Below, piece by piece: positions 55,717 to 64,000 of a stretch of 64,000 nucleotides of DNA. Location: NCBI GenBank assembly GCA_036562385.1, contig DATCKG010000048.1, positions 1,344 to 65,343 of the forward strand. Reading direction: 5' to 3'. The notes below the pieces were generated by a model that was not told where the DNA came from, did not search any database, and worked only from the letters and a program-made list of their open reading frames with translations. This DNA comes from Symbiobacteriaceae bacterium (lineage in GTDB: Bacteria > Bacillota > Sulfobacillia > Symbiobacteriales > Symbiobacteriaceae). The position numbers and the translations under genes were made by a program. How positions within the stretch are numbered: the stretch's first letter is position 1; every line of letters begins with the position of its first letter.

Positions 55717-56718
55717 GTGAAAAAGCTGATCAACGCAGTGGAAAGCGTCGTCGATGATATGCTCGACGGTCTCGTCGCTGCCTATCCCCAGTACGTCAGG
55801 CGCATTCCCGGCACCAACGTGATCACCCGGGCCGGCGGTCCCACCCCGGGCAAGGTCGGTCTGGTCAGCGGGGGCGGCAGCGGCCACGAACCTGCCCATG
55901 GCGGCTTTGTCGGCTACGGCATGCTCGACTCCGCGGTGGCCGGAGCAGTCTTTACCTCCCCGACTCCTGATCAGGTTTTCGAGGGCATCAAGGCGGCCAA
56001 CGGCGGCGCCGGCGTCCTGTTGATCATCAAGAACTATACCGGCGACGTCATGAACTTCGAGATGGCCGGTGAAATGGCTCAGGCCGAAGGCATCGAGGTG
56101 GCTTCCGTCGTCGTCAACGATGACGTGGCTGTGGAGAACTCCACCTGGACCACGGGCCGCCGGGGCATCGCCGGAACGGTCCTCGTCCACAAGATCGCGG
56201 GCGCCAAGGCGCAGGCCGGCGGCACGCTGCAAGAGGTCAAGGCCGTTGCAGAGAAGGTCATCGCCAACGTGCGGTCCATGGGCATGGCCCTGACTCCGTG
56301 CACGGTCCCCGCCGCGGGCAAGCCCGGGTTTGAACTGGGAGAGAACGAGGTGGAGATCGGCATCGGTATCCACGGCGAGCCGGGTACCCATCGGGAACCC
56401 CTGCGGCCGGCCAAGGAGATCGCCGAGCACCTGACCCAGAAGGTCGTGGACGACCTGCAGCTCAAGGCCGGCGAAGAGGTGGCCGTCCTGATCAACGGCA
56501 TGGGCGCGACCCCGCTCATGGAGCTGTTCATCGTCAACAAGGCCGTCCATGACTTCCTGAAGGCCCGTGGCATCAAGATCTACCGGACGATCGTCGGTGA
56601 GTTCATGACCTCCCTGGAGATGGCCGGCTGCTCGGTAACCGTGCTCCGGTTGGACGACGAACTGAAGGAGCTGCTGGATTATCCGGCCGAAACACCTGCA
56701 TTCCGTCAGGGGCGATAA
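55717..56718 (+). CDS. dhaK: Dihydroxyacetone kinase, DhaK subunit
   Basis: GTG 55717 follows SD AAAAGGAGGA. Motifs GKVGLVSGGGSGHEPAH, VFTSPTPDQV. Confidence 0.9.
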   Translation: MKKLINAVESVVDDMLDGLVAAYPQYVRRIPGTNVITRAGGPTPGKVGLVSGGGSGHEPAHGGFVGYGMLDSAVAGAVFTSPTPDQVFEGIKAANGGAGVLLIIKNYTGDVMNFEMAGEMAQAEGIEVASVVVNDDVAVENSTWTTGRRGIAGTVLVHKIAGAKAQAGGTLQEVKAVAEKVIANVRSMGMALTPCTVPAAGKPGFELGENEVEIGIGIHGEPGTHREPLRPAKEIAEHLTQKVVDDLQLKAGEEVAVLINGMGATPLMELFIVNKAVHDFLKARGIKIYRTIVGEFMTSLEMAGCSVTVLRLDDELKELLDYPAETPAFRQGR

Positions 56719-56724
56719 ACACAG

Positions 56725-57354
56725 ATGGATGTAAACGGACTGGTTCAGCTGTTGAACAACATTGCCAAGGTGCTGCATGAACAGGCGGATTTCCTGAGTG
56801 AACTGGACAACGCCATCGGCGATGGCGACCACGGCCACAACATGGACAAGGGATTCAAGGCCGTGCAGGAACGGGTGCTGAGCAACCCGGATCCTGACCT
56901 GGGCAAGATCCTGCAGAAGGTCGGCATGACCCTGATCTCCACGGTGGGCGGCGCTGCCGGGCCGCTGTACGGCACGGCATTTCTCCGCATGGGGAGCCAA
57001 CTTGCCGGAAAGCAGGAGGTCACCCTGCAGGACCTGCCCAAACTGATGGAGGTGGCGATCGCCGGCATCCAGCAGCGTGGCAAGGCGGTCCGGGGTGAAA
57101 AGACCATGCTGGATGCCCTGATTCCCGCCAAAGAAGCGCTGGATGCGGCCCTGGCCGCCGGGAAGCCGGCGGTGGAGGCGCTGTCGGACGCGGTGGCGGC
57201 CGCGGCCGAAGGCGTGGAGTACACCAAGACCATCAAGGCGACCAAAGGACGGGCCAGCTATCTGGGCGAGCGCTCCATCGGCCACCAGGACCCCGGAGCC
57301 ACCTCTTCCTACTTCATGATCCGGGCCCTCCGGGATACCGTGGCGGGAGCGTGA
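56725..57354 (+). CDS. dhaL: Dihydroxyacetone kinase, ADP-binding DhaL subunit
   Basis: 209 aa. Motifs LDNAIGDGDHG, GGAAGPLYG, GRASYLGERS. Confidence 0.9.
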   Translation: MDVNGLVQLLNNIAKVLHEQADFLSELDNAIGDGDHGHNMDKGFKAVQERVLSNPDPDLGKILQKVGMTLISTVGGAAGPLYGTAFLRMGSQLAGKQEVTLQDLPKLMEVAIAGIQQRGKAVRGEKTMLDALIPAKEALDAALAAGKPAVEALSDAVAAAAEGVEYTKTIKATKGRASYLGERSIGHQDPGATSSYFMIRALRDTVAGA

Positions 57355-57360
57355 CCACCC

Positions 57361-57750
57361 ATGGTAAGTCTGGTGCTGGTCTCCCACAGCCGGCAATTGG
57401 CGGAGGGACTGGCCGACCTGGTACGCCAGGTAGCCGGCGATGTGCCGGTGGCTGCGGTGGGCGGCACCCCCGACGGCCGCCTGGGTACCGACGCCACTGC
57501 CATCGCGGAGGCCATCAACGAGGTGTACAGCGATGACGGCGTGCTGGTCCTGATGGACCTGGGCAGCAGCGTCATGGCTGCGGAGACGGCCCTGGAACTG
57601 CTCACGCCCGATCGGGCTGCCAACGTTCACCTCTGCGGAGCGCCCCTGGTGGAAGGGGCCGTGGCTGCCGGCGTGGAAGCCCGGGTAGGGGGCGATCTGG
57701 CCCGGGTCCGGGCTGCCGCCGAGTCTGCCCTGAACCATCCGAAGTTTTAA
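57361..57750 (+). CDS. dhaM: PTS-dependent dihydroxyacetone kinase phosphotransferase subunit (EIIA-Man-like domain only)
   Basis: 129 aa. Motifs MVSLVLVSHSRQLAEGL, VLVLMDLGSS. Confidence 0.85.
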   Translation: MVSLVLVSHSRQLAEGLADLVRQVAGDVPVAAVGGTPDGRLGTDATAIAEAINEVYSDDGVLVLMDLGSSVMAAETALELLTPDRAANVHLCGAPLVEGAVAAGVEARVGGDLARVRAAAESALNHPKF

Positions 57751-57755
57751 GCACG

Positions 57756-58040
57756 ATGGGAGCGAAGCCTATGCAGGTAGCAGAGCGGGAACTGGTGGTG
57801 ATGCTGGATCAGGGGCTCCACGCCCGGCCCGCGGCTCGCTTCGTGGAGACCGCAGCCCGGTTTCAATCCGAGATCACGGTCATCGCCGGCTCCCGATCCG
57901 CTTCCGCAAAGTCAATCCTGGGTGTGCTCAGTCTGGGCGTCCGCAAGGGAACGGTCATCCGCATCCGTGCAGAGGGCGATGATGCCGGCGCTGCCGTGGA
58001 GGCGCTGAGCCAGCTGGTCTCACAGACCCACGTGGACTAG
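57756..58040 (+). CDS. HPr-family phosphocarrier protein
   Basis: 94 aa (alternative ATG at 57771). His-15 context QGLHARPAARF. Ser-46 context SAKSILGVLSLG. Confidence 0.85.
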   Translation: MGAKPMQVAERELVVMLDQGLHARPAARFVETAARFQSEITVIAGSRSASAKSILGVLSLGVRKGTVIRIRAEGDDAGAAVEALSQLVSQTHVD

Positions 58041-58181
58041 CTGCCAGGCAGGATACGCTTGCAGGAAGACCCCCGCGACTCCGGCCGAATGCCGGGGCCC
58101 GCGGGGGTCTTGTCGCCCTCCCGATGTATAGCCCCCAGCCTCCCCGGCGAAAATAGGCGCTTGGGAGGTGCCTCTTGGCAA

Positions 58182-58436
58182 GTGAGTACCAAACAGGAAG
58201 CGCTGAAGGTGATTCGGGACTGTGTGGGCAGTGACGCCGTCACCTATAACACCACGCTGGCGGAGCTGTTTGAAGAATACGAGACCGACATGGTGAACCT
58301 GGTAGACTCCCTGGAGAGCGAGTTCGGCGTGGAATTGTATGACGAGTTGCTGGAGGACGTGGAAACCGTAGGCGAACTGTGCCAGGCAGTGGTCCGGGCC
58401 ATCCGGGAAGCGGAAAGCGAAGAGGTGGACTTGTAA
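58182..58436 (+). CDS. Acyl-carrier-protein-like small acidic protein lacking the canonical phosphopantetheine serine
   Basis: GTG 58182 lies 11 nt after SD GGGAGGTG (alternative TTG at 58161). LVDSLESEFGVELYDELLEDVETVGEL aligns with ACP helix II-III (LVMALEEEFGIEIPDE...). The DSL position then reads YET. Confidence 0.5.
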   Translation: MSTKQEALKVIRDCVGSDAVTYNTTLAELFEEYETDMVNLVDSLESEFGVELYDELLEDVETVGELCQAVVRAIREAESEEVDL

Positions 58437-58441
58437 ACGGA

Positions 58442-58478
58442 AGCGGGCAGTGCCGTCCGGGGCACTGCCCGCTTTCTG
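58442..58478. terminator. Bidirectional terminator (dha operon / gabT)
   Basis: AGCGGGCAGTGCC...GGCACTGCCCGCT followed by TTCTG. Confidence 0.7.
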
Positions 58479-58504
58479 CCATACGGCACGGCCGGCGGAT
58501 GTCC

Positions 58505-59866
58505 TCACCCGCCCACGGCCTCGGCCACGCAGGCCGCTTCCAGCAGGTCGAAGGCTTCGTGGACCTCGGGGTCGGAAATCACCAAAGGCGGCAGAAGGCG
58601 GATCACGTTCCCGTAGATCCCGCATTTCACCAGGACCAGCCCGCTTTGCGCGGCCCGGCGTAGGATGGGAGCGACGTCAAAGGGTTCCCGGGTGGCGCGG
58701 CTGACCACAAACTCGGCTCCCACCATGGCCCCCAGTCCCCGGACGTCGCCCACCTGAAAGCGGGCGCCCGGCAAAGCGGCCAGCCGCTCGCCGAGGTCCG
58801 CAAACCGCCGGCGGAAGAGCGCTCCCAGTTCCCGGGCCCGGTCCAGGAGCCGTTCCTCCTCCAGGATATCCAGTACCGCGTGGGCAGCATCGCAGGCCAC
58901 GGGGTTGCCCACGTACGTGCCGCCGATGGCGCCCGGGCCGGGGGCATCCATTACCTCCTGCCGGCCGATCACGGCGGAAAGCGGCAGGCCCGCGGCCAGG
59001 GACTTGCCGGCGCAGATCAGATCCGGTTCGATCCCCAACTGTTCCGAGGCGAAGAAGGTACCGGTGCGGCCGCAGCCGGTCTGGACCTCATCGGCGATCA
59101 GCAGCACTCCGTGACGGCGGGCAATCTCCTGCACCCGCTGCAGGTAGGCGGCCGGCAGGGGCACAAAGCCGCCCTCCCCCTGGACCGGCTCCAGGATGAT
59201 GGCTGCGCAGTCGTCAGGGGAGACCATGGTCACAAAGGCCCGCTCGAGGGCATCGGCACAAAAGCGGATGTATTCCTCCTCCCCCATCCCCTCCGGCCGC
59301 CGGTACAGATAAGGAGCCGGAACCCGATAGACCTCCTGGGCCAGGGGGCCCAGCCCCTTCTTGTAGGGCCTGACTTTGGAGGTAAGGGCCAGCGCCATGG
59401 CAGTGCGGCCGTGGAAGGCCCCCTCCAGGGCAATCACCGCCGGCCGGCCGGTGTAGCAGCGGGCGATCTTGATCGCATTCTCCACCGCTTCGGCCCCCGA
59501 GTTAAAGAAGGCGGCCTTCTTGGGGAAGGGGCCGGGAGCCAGGGCCGCCAACCGCTCTGCAAGGCGGATGTACGACTCATACATCACAACGGAAAAGTCC
59601 GTGTGGGTAAAGCGGGCAGCGCTCTCCTGAATGGCCCGGACCACCCGGGGGTGGGAGTGGCCCACGTTCATGCAGCCAACCCCTCCGGCCAGGTCAATCA
59701 GCACGTTGCCGTCCACGTCGGTCAGCAAGGCGCCCCGGGCCTCCCGAACGGCTACAGGCACGTGAACCGCGAAGGCGTCGGCCACCGCCCGCTCCTTGCG
59801 GGCCATCAGCTCCCGGGAGGCAGGACCGGGAATGCCGGTGGTCAGCCGGACGAACTTGGTGGTCAC
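58505..59866 (-). CDS. gabT: 4-aminobutyrate aminotransferase-type class-III aminotransferase
   Basis: 453 aa. Motifs IPGPASREL, GGVGCMNVGHSHP, ILEPVQGEGGF, LIADEVQTGCGRTG. Confidence 0.8.
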   Translation of the reverse strand: MTTKFVRLTTGIPGPASRELMARKERAVADAFAVHVPVAVREARGALLTDVDGNVLIDLAGGVGCMNVGHSHPRVVRAIQESAARFTHTDFSVVMYESYIRLAERLAALAPGPFPKKAAFFNSGAEAVENAIKIARCYTGRPAVIALEGAFHGRTAMALALTSKVRPYKKGLGPLAQEVYRVPAPYLYRRPEGMGEEEYIRFCADALERAFVTMVSPDDCAAIILEPVQGEGGFVPLPAAYLQRVQEIARRHGVLLIADEVQTGCGRTGTFFASEQLGIEPDLICAGKSLAAGLPLSAVIGRQEVMDAPGPGAIGGTYVGNPVACDAAHAVLDILEEERLLDRARELGALFRRRFADLGERLAALPGARFQVGDVRGLGAMVGAEFVVSRATREPFDVAPILRRAAQSGLVLVKCGIYGNVIRLLPPLVISDPEVHEAFDLLEAACVAEAVGG

Positions 59867-59930
59867 CGCGTTCTTCCTCCTTTCGGAGCAGCGTCACCGC
59901 TTTACTGTATGCGGAAGGGCGCGGCCTGAC

Positions 59931-59958
59931 AGAAAAAGCGGGGGCCTGTCGCCCCCGC
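59931..59958 (-). terminator. Terminator after the NTPase gene
   Basis: The minus strand reads GCGGGGGC-gacag-GCCCCCGC followed by TTTTTCTGTC. Confidence 0.55.
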
Positions 59959-59973
59959 ACAGCTTGGCTCGTT

Positions 59974-60513
59974 TCACCCGATCAGCATCCACGGCAGCAG
60001 GCCCTGGAAGAGGTGCTGCCGGTTTTCCCGGGTCACTTCCAGGAGCCGGATCCCCGGCAGGGTCCGAATCTCTTCCAGGAAGGGGTCCGGCGCCCCGGAA
60101 ATGGCTCCCAGCACCCGGTTCGGGGCACAGAGACACCGGAGAACAGCGTCCCGGAACGCCGGCGAGAGGATCTGGATGGGGCCGATCTCGTCGATCAAGA
60201 CCAGGCCGCCTTCGTGCATGGCCGCGTCCAACGCCCGGACGCAGAGGTCCAACCCCGCCGGATCCACCCCGTACCGACCGCTGCGCAGGTCGGAGGGCAG
60301 GTCCGTCCGGGCCAGCGTTGCCCGCTGGACCACCCGCAGGGGTTCCCCGGGGGAGTGCCAGACCGCCTGGGCCTCGAAGCCGATCCGGCGCCCGTCGGGA
60401 CCGACCAGGGGCACGGAGAGGCAGCCACCGGCGTTGCCGGGGTACTGCTCCGCCAGCCGGCGGATCAGTGTTGACTTCCCGCAGCGCGGGACTCCCATCA
60501 GCAGCAGCTTCAT
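59974..60513 (-). CDS. THEP1-like nucleoside-triphosphatase
   Basis: ATG 60513 follows SD CAGGAGGATGG. Walker A GVPRCGKST. Walker B LVLIDEIGP. Confidence 0.7.
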   Translation of the reverse strand: MKLLLMGVPRCGKSTLIRRLAEQYPGNAGGCLSVPLVGPDGRRIGFEAQAVWHSPGEPLRVVQRATLARTDLPSDLRSGRYGVDPAGLDLCVRALDAAMHEGGLVLIDEIGPIQILSPAFRDAVLRCLCAPNRVLGAISGAPDPFLEEIRTLPGIRLLEVTRENRQHLFQGLLPWMLIG

Positions 60514-60587
60514 GGGAACCATCCTCCTGCCCAAAATCCGCCTGGTGAAGCAGGACGCCGGGGCCGCCCCCGTCGAAAAAATCTGCC

Positions 60588-61163
60588 TCAGCCTGCGTAG
60601 GTGCCCCGCAGGTCCAGCACGTCGGCCGCTTCCTTCAGGGCCTCAATCACAAACGCAATATGCTCGTCCAGGGGTACCCCCAGTTCCTCGGCGCCCCGGA
60701 TCACATCTTCCCGGTTGACGCCTGCGGCAAACCGCTTGTCCTTGAACTTCTTCTTGACCGCTTGCACGTCCACTTCAAAGATGGACTTGTTGGGCCGGAC
60801 CAGAGCTGTGGCGATCACCAGACCTGACAGTTCGTCCACCGCATACAGTACCTTGTCCCGCAGAGACTTGCGGGGATACCGGTCCTGCAGGTAATTGGCA
60901 TGGGAGCAAATGGTGTACCGGATATCCTCCGGCACGCCCCGGGCCGCCAGGATGCGCTCGCCCTGCAGCGGATGGTCCGGGGGATCCGGCCACCGCTCGT
61001 AATCGAAGTCGTGCAGAAGCCCGATCAGCCCCCACGTCTCCTCATCTTCGCCGTACTTTCTCGCATAGGCGCGCATGCAGGCCTCCACTGCCAGAGCGTG
61101 GTGAATCAGCCGCGGATTCTTAGTATACTCGTTTAGCAGTTCCCAAGCTTCTTCGCGTGTCAC
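60588..61163 (-). CDS. HD-domain phosphohydrolase
   Basis: 191 aa. Motifs HHALAVE...LLHDFDY. Confidence 0.8.
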   Translation of the reverse strand: MTREEAWELLNEYTKNPRLIHHALAVEACMRAYARKYGEDEETWGLIGLLHDFDYERWPDPPDHPLQGERILAARGVPEDIRYTICSHANYLQDRYPRKSLRDKVLYAVDELSGLVIATALVRPNKSIFEVDVQAVKKKFKDKRFAAGVNREDVIRGAEELGVPLDEHIAFVIEALKEAADVLDLRGTYAG

Positions 61164-61258
61164 CGATAACCCCCCCTATGCCATTCATGATAATAAACTT
61201 CTGATCCTGCCGCTATTTCCTGCCACATCGGCAGATAACAGTTCAGAGGTGAAGGGAC

Positions 61259-61819
61259 TTGAAGATTTACACACGGAGGGGCGATGCCGGCCAGACCAGC
61301 CTGCGCTGGGGCGAGCGCATCGCCAAGGATGCGCCGCGAGTTGAGGCCTACGGCACTGTCGACGAAGCCAACGCCCTGCTGGGCATGGCACTGGCGACCC
61401 TGCCCCGGGAAAACGCCGAACCGCTCCGCTCGATCTTGACCCGGATCCAGCGGGAGCTCTTTGACCTGGGAGCCGACCTGGCCTGCCCGCCCAACCGGCA
61501 ACAGGGCGAACAACTGCGGATCCGGGAGGAGATGGTGGAGGCGCTGGAACAGGACATCGACGCCCTGGACGCGAACTTGCCTCCGCTGAAGCGCTTCATC
61601 CTGCCCGGCGGCTCCCCGGCGGCCGCGGCCCTGCACGCCGCCCGAACAGTGGTACGCCGGGCCGAACGCCGGGTGGTGACCCTGGCAGCCGCGGAGGAGG
61701 TGGACGGCGTCCTGCTCAAGTACCTGAACCGCCTGTCGGATCTCCTGTTCGTAGCGGCCCGGGAAGCCAACCGGCTGGCCGGAGTGCCGGACGTGGAGGT
61801 CGTATGGCCGCAAGGATGA
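61259..61819 (+). CDS. PduO-type ATP:cob(I)alamin adenosyltransferase
   Basis: TTG start after SD GAGGTGAAGGG. N-terminus KIYTRRGDAGQTSL...RVEAYGTVDEANA. Motif FILPGGS. Confidence 0.85.
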   Translation: MKIYTRRGDAGQTSLRWGERIAKDAPRVEAYGTVDEANALLGMALATLPRENAEPLRSILTRIQRELFDLGADLACPPNRQQGEQLRIREEMVEALEQDIDALDANLPPLKRFILPGGSPAAAALHAARTVVRRAERRVVTLAAAEEVDGVLLKYLNRLSDLLFVAAREANRLAGVPDVEVVWPQG

Positions 61820-61878
61820 CCCGGCCGCGGCAGAAGACCGGCATTCAGGGACCCCCGGCAGGGACCGTTCGAAGGGCC

Positions 61879-61914
61879 GCCCGCCCCGTTTGTCAATCGG
61901 CGAACGGGGCGGGC
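61879..61914 (+). terminator. Hairpin downstream of the adenosyltransferase gene
   Basis: GCCCGCCCCGTT...AACGGGGCGGGC, a 12-bp stem with a weak T-tract (TGATCATTT). Confidence 0.45.
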
Positions 61915-62117
61915 TGATCATTTACGCGCTCTCACATTCCCTTACAGGGAGCCACCGCTGCCGTACCGAATTGATTTTGTGTCGGTCGACACGGCAAGAA
62001 CCGTGGGGGTTCGAAGGGCGCGGCCGGCCGGCGATCGTCATGTTCCTGCTGATGAGCCCGTAGCTCATCGAGGGGCTGACGACAGAGGCCATCACGTGAT
62101 GTTGAGGTGAAGCCGAA

Positions 62118-62945
62118 TTGGCGCTGATCTCTTTCGATCTGGACGGTGTGCTGTGCCGGAACCCCTTTCAAAGCAAGCGGCCGGATGGTGTCTTCGGCCA
62201 CATCCGGAAGGAGCTGGCCCCCTTTACCGGGCTGACGGGGCCCGAGGCGGAGGAAGCCGCCCTCCGGATGGTCCTGGAAGAGCACCGTAACCGCCTGATG
62301 GCGGGAAAGATGGTGGATTGCTTTGACTGGGATGATATCGTCGCCACGGTGGGCAAGCGGCTGGGCTACACCGGCCAGATGGACGTGGCGGCGCTGGTGA
62401 CCCATTACGCACAGAACCCGGACCTCTGCTACGGCTACCCGGGAGCGGAGGCCTGCCTGCAGGCGCTGACCGATGCGGGCCACACGCTGGTGGCGGTGAC
62501 CAACGGGTTTCGTCGCTACCAGGAACCGGTCCTCAGGCAACTGGGCCTGCTGCCGTATTTCCGGGCCCTGATCTGCCCCGACATGGTGGGAGCAGCCAAA
62601 CCCGAAAGACCGATTTTTGAGGCGGCAGCGGCCTACGGCGGCCCGCCCCGGATCCACGTGGGGGACACCCTGCACCACGACGTGGCCGGTGCGCGGCGGG
62701 CCGGCTGGCAGGCGATCTACCTGCACCAGCCGGGGGCGCCGGGATCCACGGAGATCCCGGCGGAACTGGCGGCCTTGCCGCCGGTGCAGCGGCCGGCCCG
62801 GGCCATGGCGTGGCTCCGGTTCCGCCTGCAGCGGGAGCTGCAGTTTTACCCCTGGCCCCCGGCAGAACTGGCGGAATGCATCCCTGACGCCATTGCCTTC
62901 CGGCTGGCCGAGGTTCCGGAGGCCGTGGCCGCGCTGGTAAGGTAA
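62118..62945 (+). CDS. HAD-superfamily hydrolase
   Basis: TTG start 6 nt after SD GAGGTGAAG. Motif I ISFDLDGVL. Motifs VAVTNG, VGDTLHHDV. Confidence 0.8.
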   Translation: MALISFDLDGVLCRNPFQSKRPDGVFGHIRKELAPFTGLTGPEAEEAALRMVLEEHRNRLMAGKMVDCFDWDDIVATVGKRLGYTGQMDVAALVTHYAQNPDLCYGYPGAEACLQALTDAGHTLVAVTNGFRRYQEPVLRQLGLLPYFRALICPDMVGAAKPERPIFEAAAAYGGPPRIHVGDTLHHDVAGARRAGWQAIYLHQPGAPGSTEIPAELAALPPVQRPARAMAWLRFRLQRELQFYPWPPAELAECIPDAIAFRLAEVPEAVAALVR

Positions 62946-62950
62946 AGGGA

Positions 62951-63667
62951 TCAGGAGGGCGGCCGGATGCGGCCGTCCTCCATCGTGACGATTCGGTCGC
63001 AGGCCTGTCCCACCAGGGGATCGTGGGTCACCACCACAAAGGTCTGGCCCTGCTCCGCGGACAGGCGCCGGATGAGGGCCAGCAGATCCCGGGCGGTCTG
63101 TGAATCCAGTGCCCCGGTGGGCTCATCAGCCAGCACCAGGGCAGGACTGTTGACCAGCGCCCGGGCGATGGCCACCCGCTGCTGCTGTCCCCCGGAAAGC
63201 TGCGCCGGCAGGTGATGCATCCGGTCGGAAAGCCCGACGGCCTCCAGGGCCGCCCGGGCTTTTTCCATGGCCTGCCTGGCCGGCAGGCGCAGGTAGCGCA
63301 GGGGCAACGCCACGTTCTCCAGAGCCGTGAGGCAGGGGATGAGATTGTGGGATTGGAAGACGAACCCCACTTTCCGCAGCCGGAGGGCCGGCAGCGCTCG
63401 CTCAGGCAGGCGCGTCACCGGCACGCCGTCGATCCAGACCTCCCCGGAGGTGGGACGGTCCAGACAGCCCAGGATGTGCAGCAGGGTGGACTTGCCGCTG
63501 CCGGACCGGCCCATGATGCCCAGAATCTCCCCCCGGCGCACCGTGAGGGAAACCCGGTCCAGGGCCCGGACGCCGCCCGGATAGACCTTGGTGACCTCCT
63601 CCGCCACCACCAAAGCGGAGCCGGATGCGCGCTCGGGCCACTGCAGGGAATTGATGACCCGCTCCAT
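62951..63667 (-). CDS. ABC transporter ATP-binding protein (MacB/LolD/FtsE-like)
   Basis: 238 aa. Walker A GRSGSGKST, signature LSGGQQQR, Walker B VLADEPTGALD. Confidence 0.9.
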   Translation of the reverse strand: MERVINSLQWPERASGSALVVAEEVTKVYPGGVRALDRVSLTVRRGEILGIMGRSGSGKSTLLHILGCLDRPTSGEVWIDGVPVTRLPERALPALRLRKVGFVFQSHNLIPCLTALENVALPLRYLRLPARQAMEKARAALEAVGLSDRMHHLPAQLSGGQQQRVAIARALVNSPALVLADEPTGALDSQTARDLLALIRRLSAEQGQTFVVVTHDPLVGQACDRIVTMEDGRIRPPS

Positions 63668-63679
63668 CTCCGTGCCTCC

Positions 63680-64000
63680 TCAGTACTCCCGCAGAGCCGC
63701 CACCGGGTCCAGGGAGGCGGCCCGCAGGGCAGGCATCACGCCGGCCGCCGCCCCCAGGAGTCCCGCGAAGAGGATGGCGGTGCCAACAAGGCGAGGCGTC
63801 AGAATGAAGACCGGTGTCCCCTGATCCTGGGTATACCAGTTGATGCCATAAATCACCAGGGCGCCCAATGCCACCCCCAGGATGCCGCCCAGCAACCCGA
63901 TCAGCACCGATTCCAACAGAAACTCCCGCACAATGTCCCACCGGCTGGCTCCGATGGCCTTCTTGATGCCGATCTCCCGGGTCCGCTCCGCGACGGCGAT
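63680..64000 (-). CDS. FtsX-like ABC transporter permease, C-terminal part (5' end outside the window)
   Basis: The minus frame stays open to the window edge: ...IAVAERTREIGIKKAIGASRWDIVREFLLESVLIGLLGG...AALREY. Confidence 0.85.
   Translation of the reverse strand: MAVAERTREIGIKKAIGASRWDIVREFLLESVLIGLLGGILGVALGALVIYGINWYTQDQGTPVFILTPRLVGTAILFAGLLGAAAGVMPALRAASLDPVAALREY

Noticed and set aside
55588-57738. 716-aa minus-strand ORF
   Set aside because: It is antisense to dhaK-dhaL-dhaM, which carry clear family motifs, SDs and a sigma-54 promoter. Same GC artefact.
62049-62069. CUGAUGAG motif reminiscent of a hammerhead ribozyme core
   Set aside because: The motif is itself one arm of a simple hairpin (GATGAGC/GCTCATC). 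No GAAA element and no three-stem junction follows.

Overview
High-GC (roughly 63-66 % by eye) chromosomal DNA with the gene content of an endospore-forming Bacillota (Firmicutes). Sporulation markers are spoVR, yhbH, gerW/ytfJ, ytfI and a SpoIID-like gene. I can support about 60 protein genes. I saw no rRNA, tRNA, CRISPR array, transposase, integrase or phage gene. Left to right the window holds: (1) a minus-strand operon of an HTH regulator, a conserved unknown and an aminotransferase::acyl-ACP-reductase-like fusion gene. The fusion gene is absent from the ORF track because its stop lies outside the window. (2) A complete Pho locus (pstS, phoPR, pstCAB, phoU) with two phased Pho-box arrays. 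(3) LysR, LysM, pepF, two-subunit class-I fumarase and yhbH-spoVR. (4) A TolB-like propeller, a tiny self-contained Zn-ribbon gene, a pgpA-like gene and dnaE. (5) A LacI-controlled sugar locus with an ABC importer, a Gfo/Idh/MocA oxidoreductase and two GH130 enzymes. (6) A MerR/TipA regulator, a DUF218 gene and an AlkA-like glycosylase, separated by two unexplained GC-rich gaps of 450-650 bp. (7) A nitroreductase, a NUDIX hydrolase, a 1091-aa M14-like protein and a ROK fructokinase. (8) An ECF sigma / anti-sigma / ytfI / gerW operon. (9) An MBL hydrolase, a membrane Fe-S oxidoreductase and an acyl-CoA dehydrogenase. (10) A decayed LD-carboxypeptidase gene flanked by twin hairpins. (11) An operon of a Gly-rich repeat protein, a cupredoxin lipoprotein, a SpoIID-like protein and a secreted protein. 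(12) A sigma-54 activator with an N-terminal HPr domain, a perfect -24/-12 promoter, dhaKLM, HPr and a Ser-less ACP-like gene. (13) gabT, an NTPase, an HD hydrolase, a PduO-type adenosyltransferase, a HAD hydrolase and MacB-type ABC genes. No classic defence or mobile system is visible. The best candidates for something undescribed are the aminotransferase-reductase fusion operon, the HPr-domain sigma-54 activator circuit, the two Gly-rich repeat proteins and the two non-coding gaps near the window centre. All family assignments rest on motifs I recognise by eye. No HMM, BLAST or RNA-folding computation was run.
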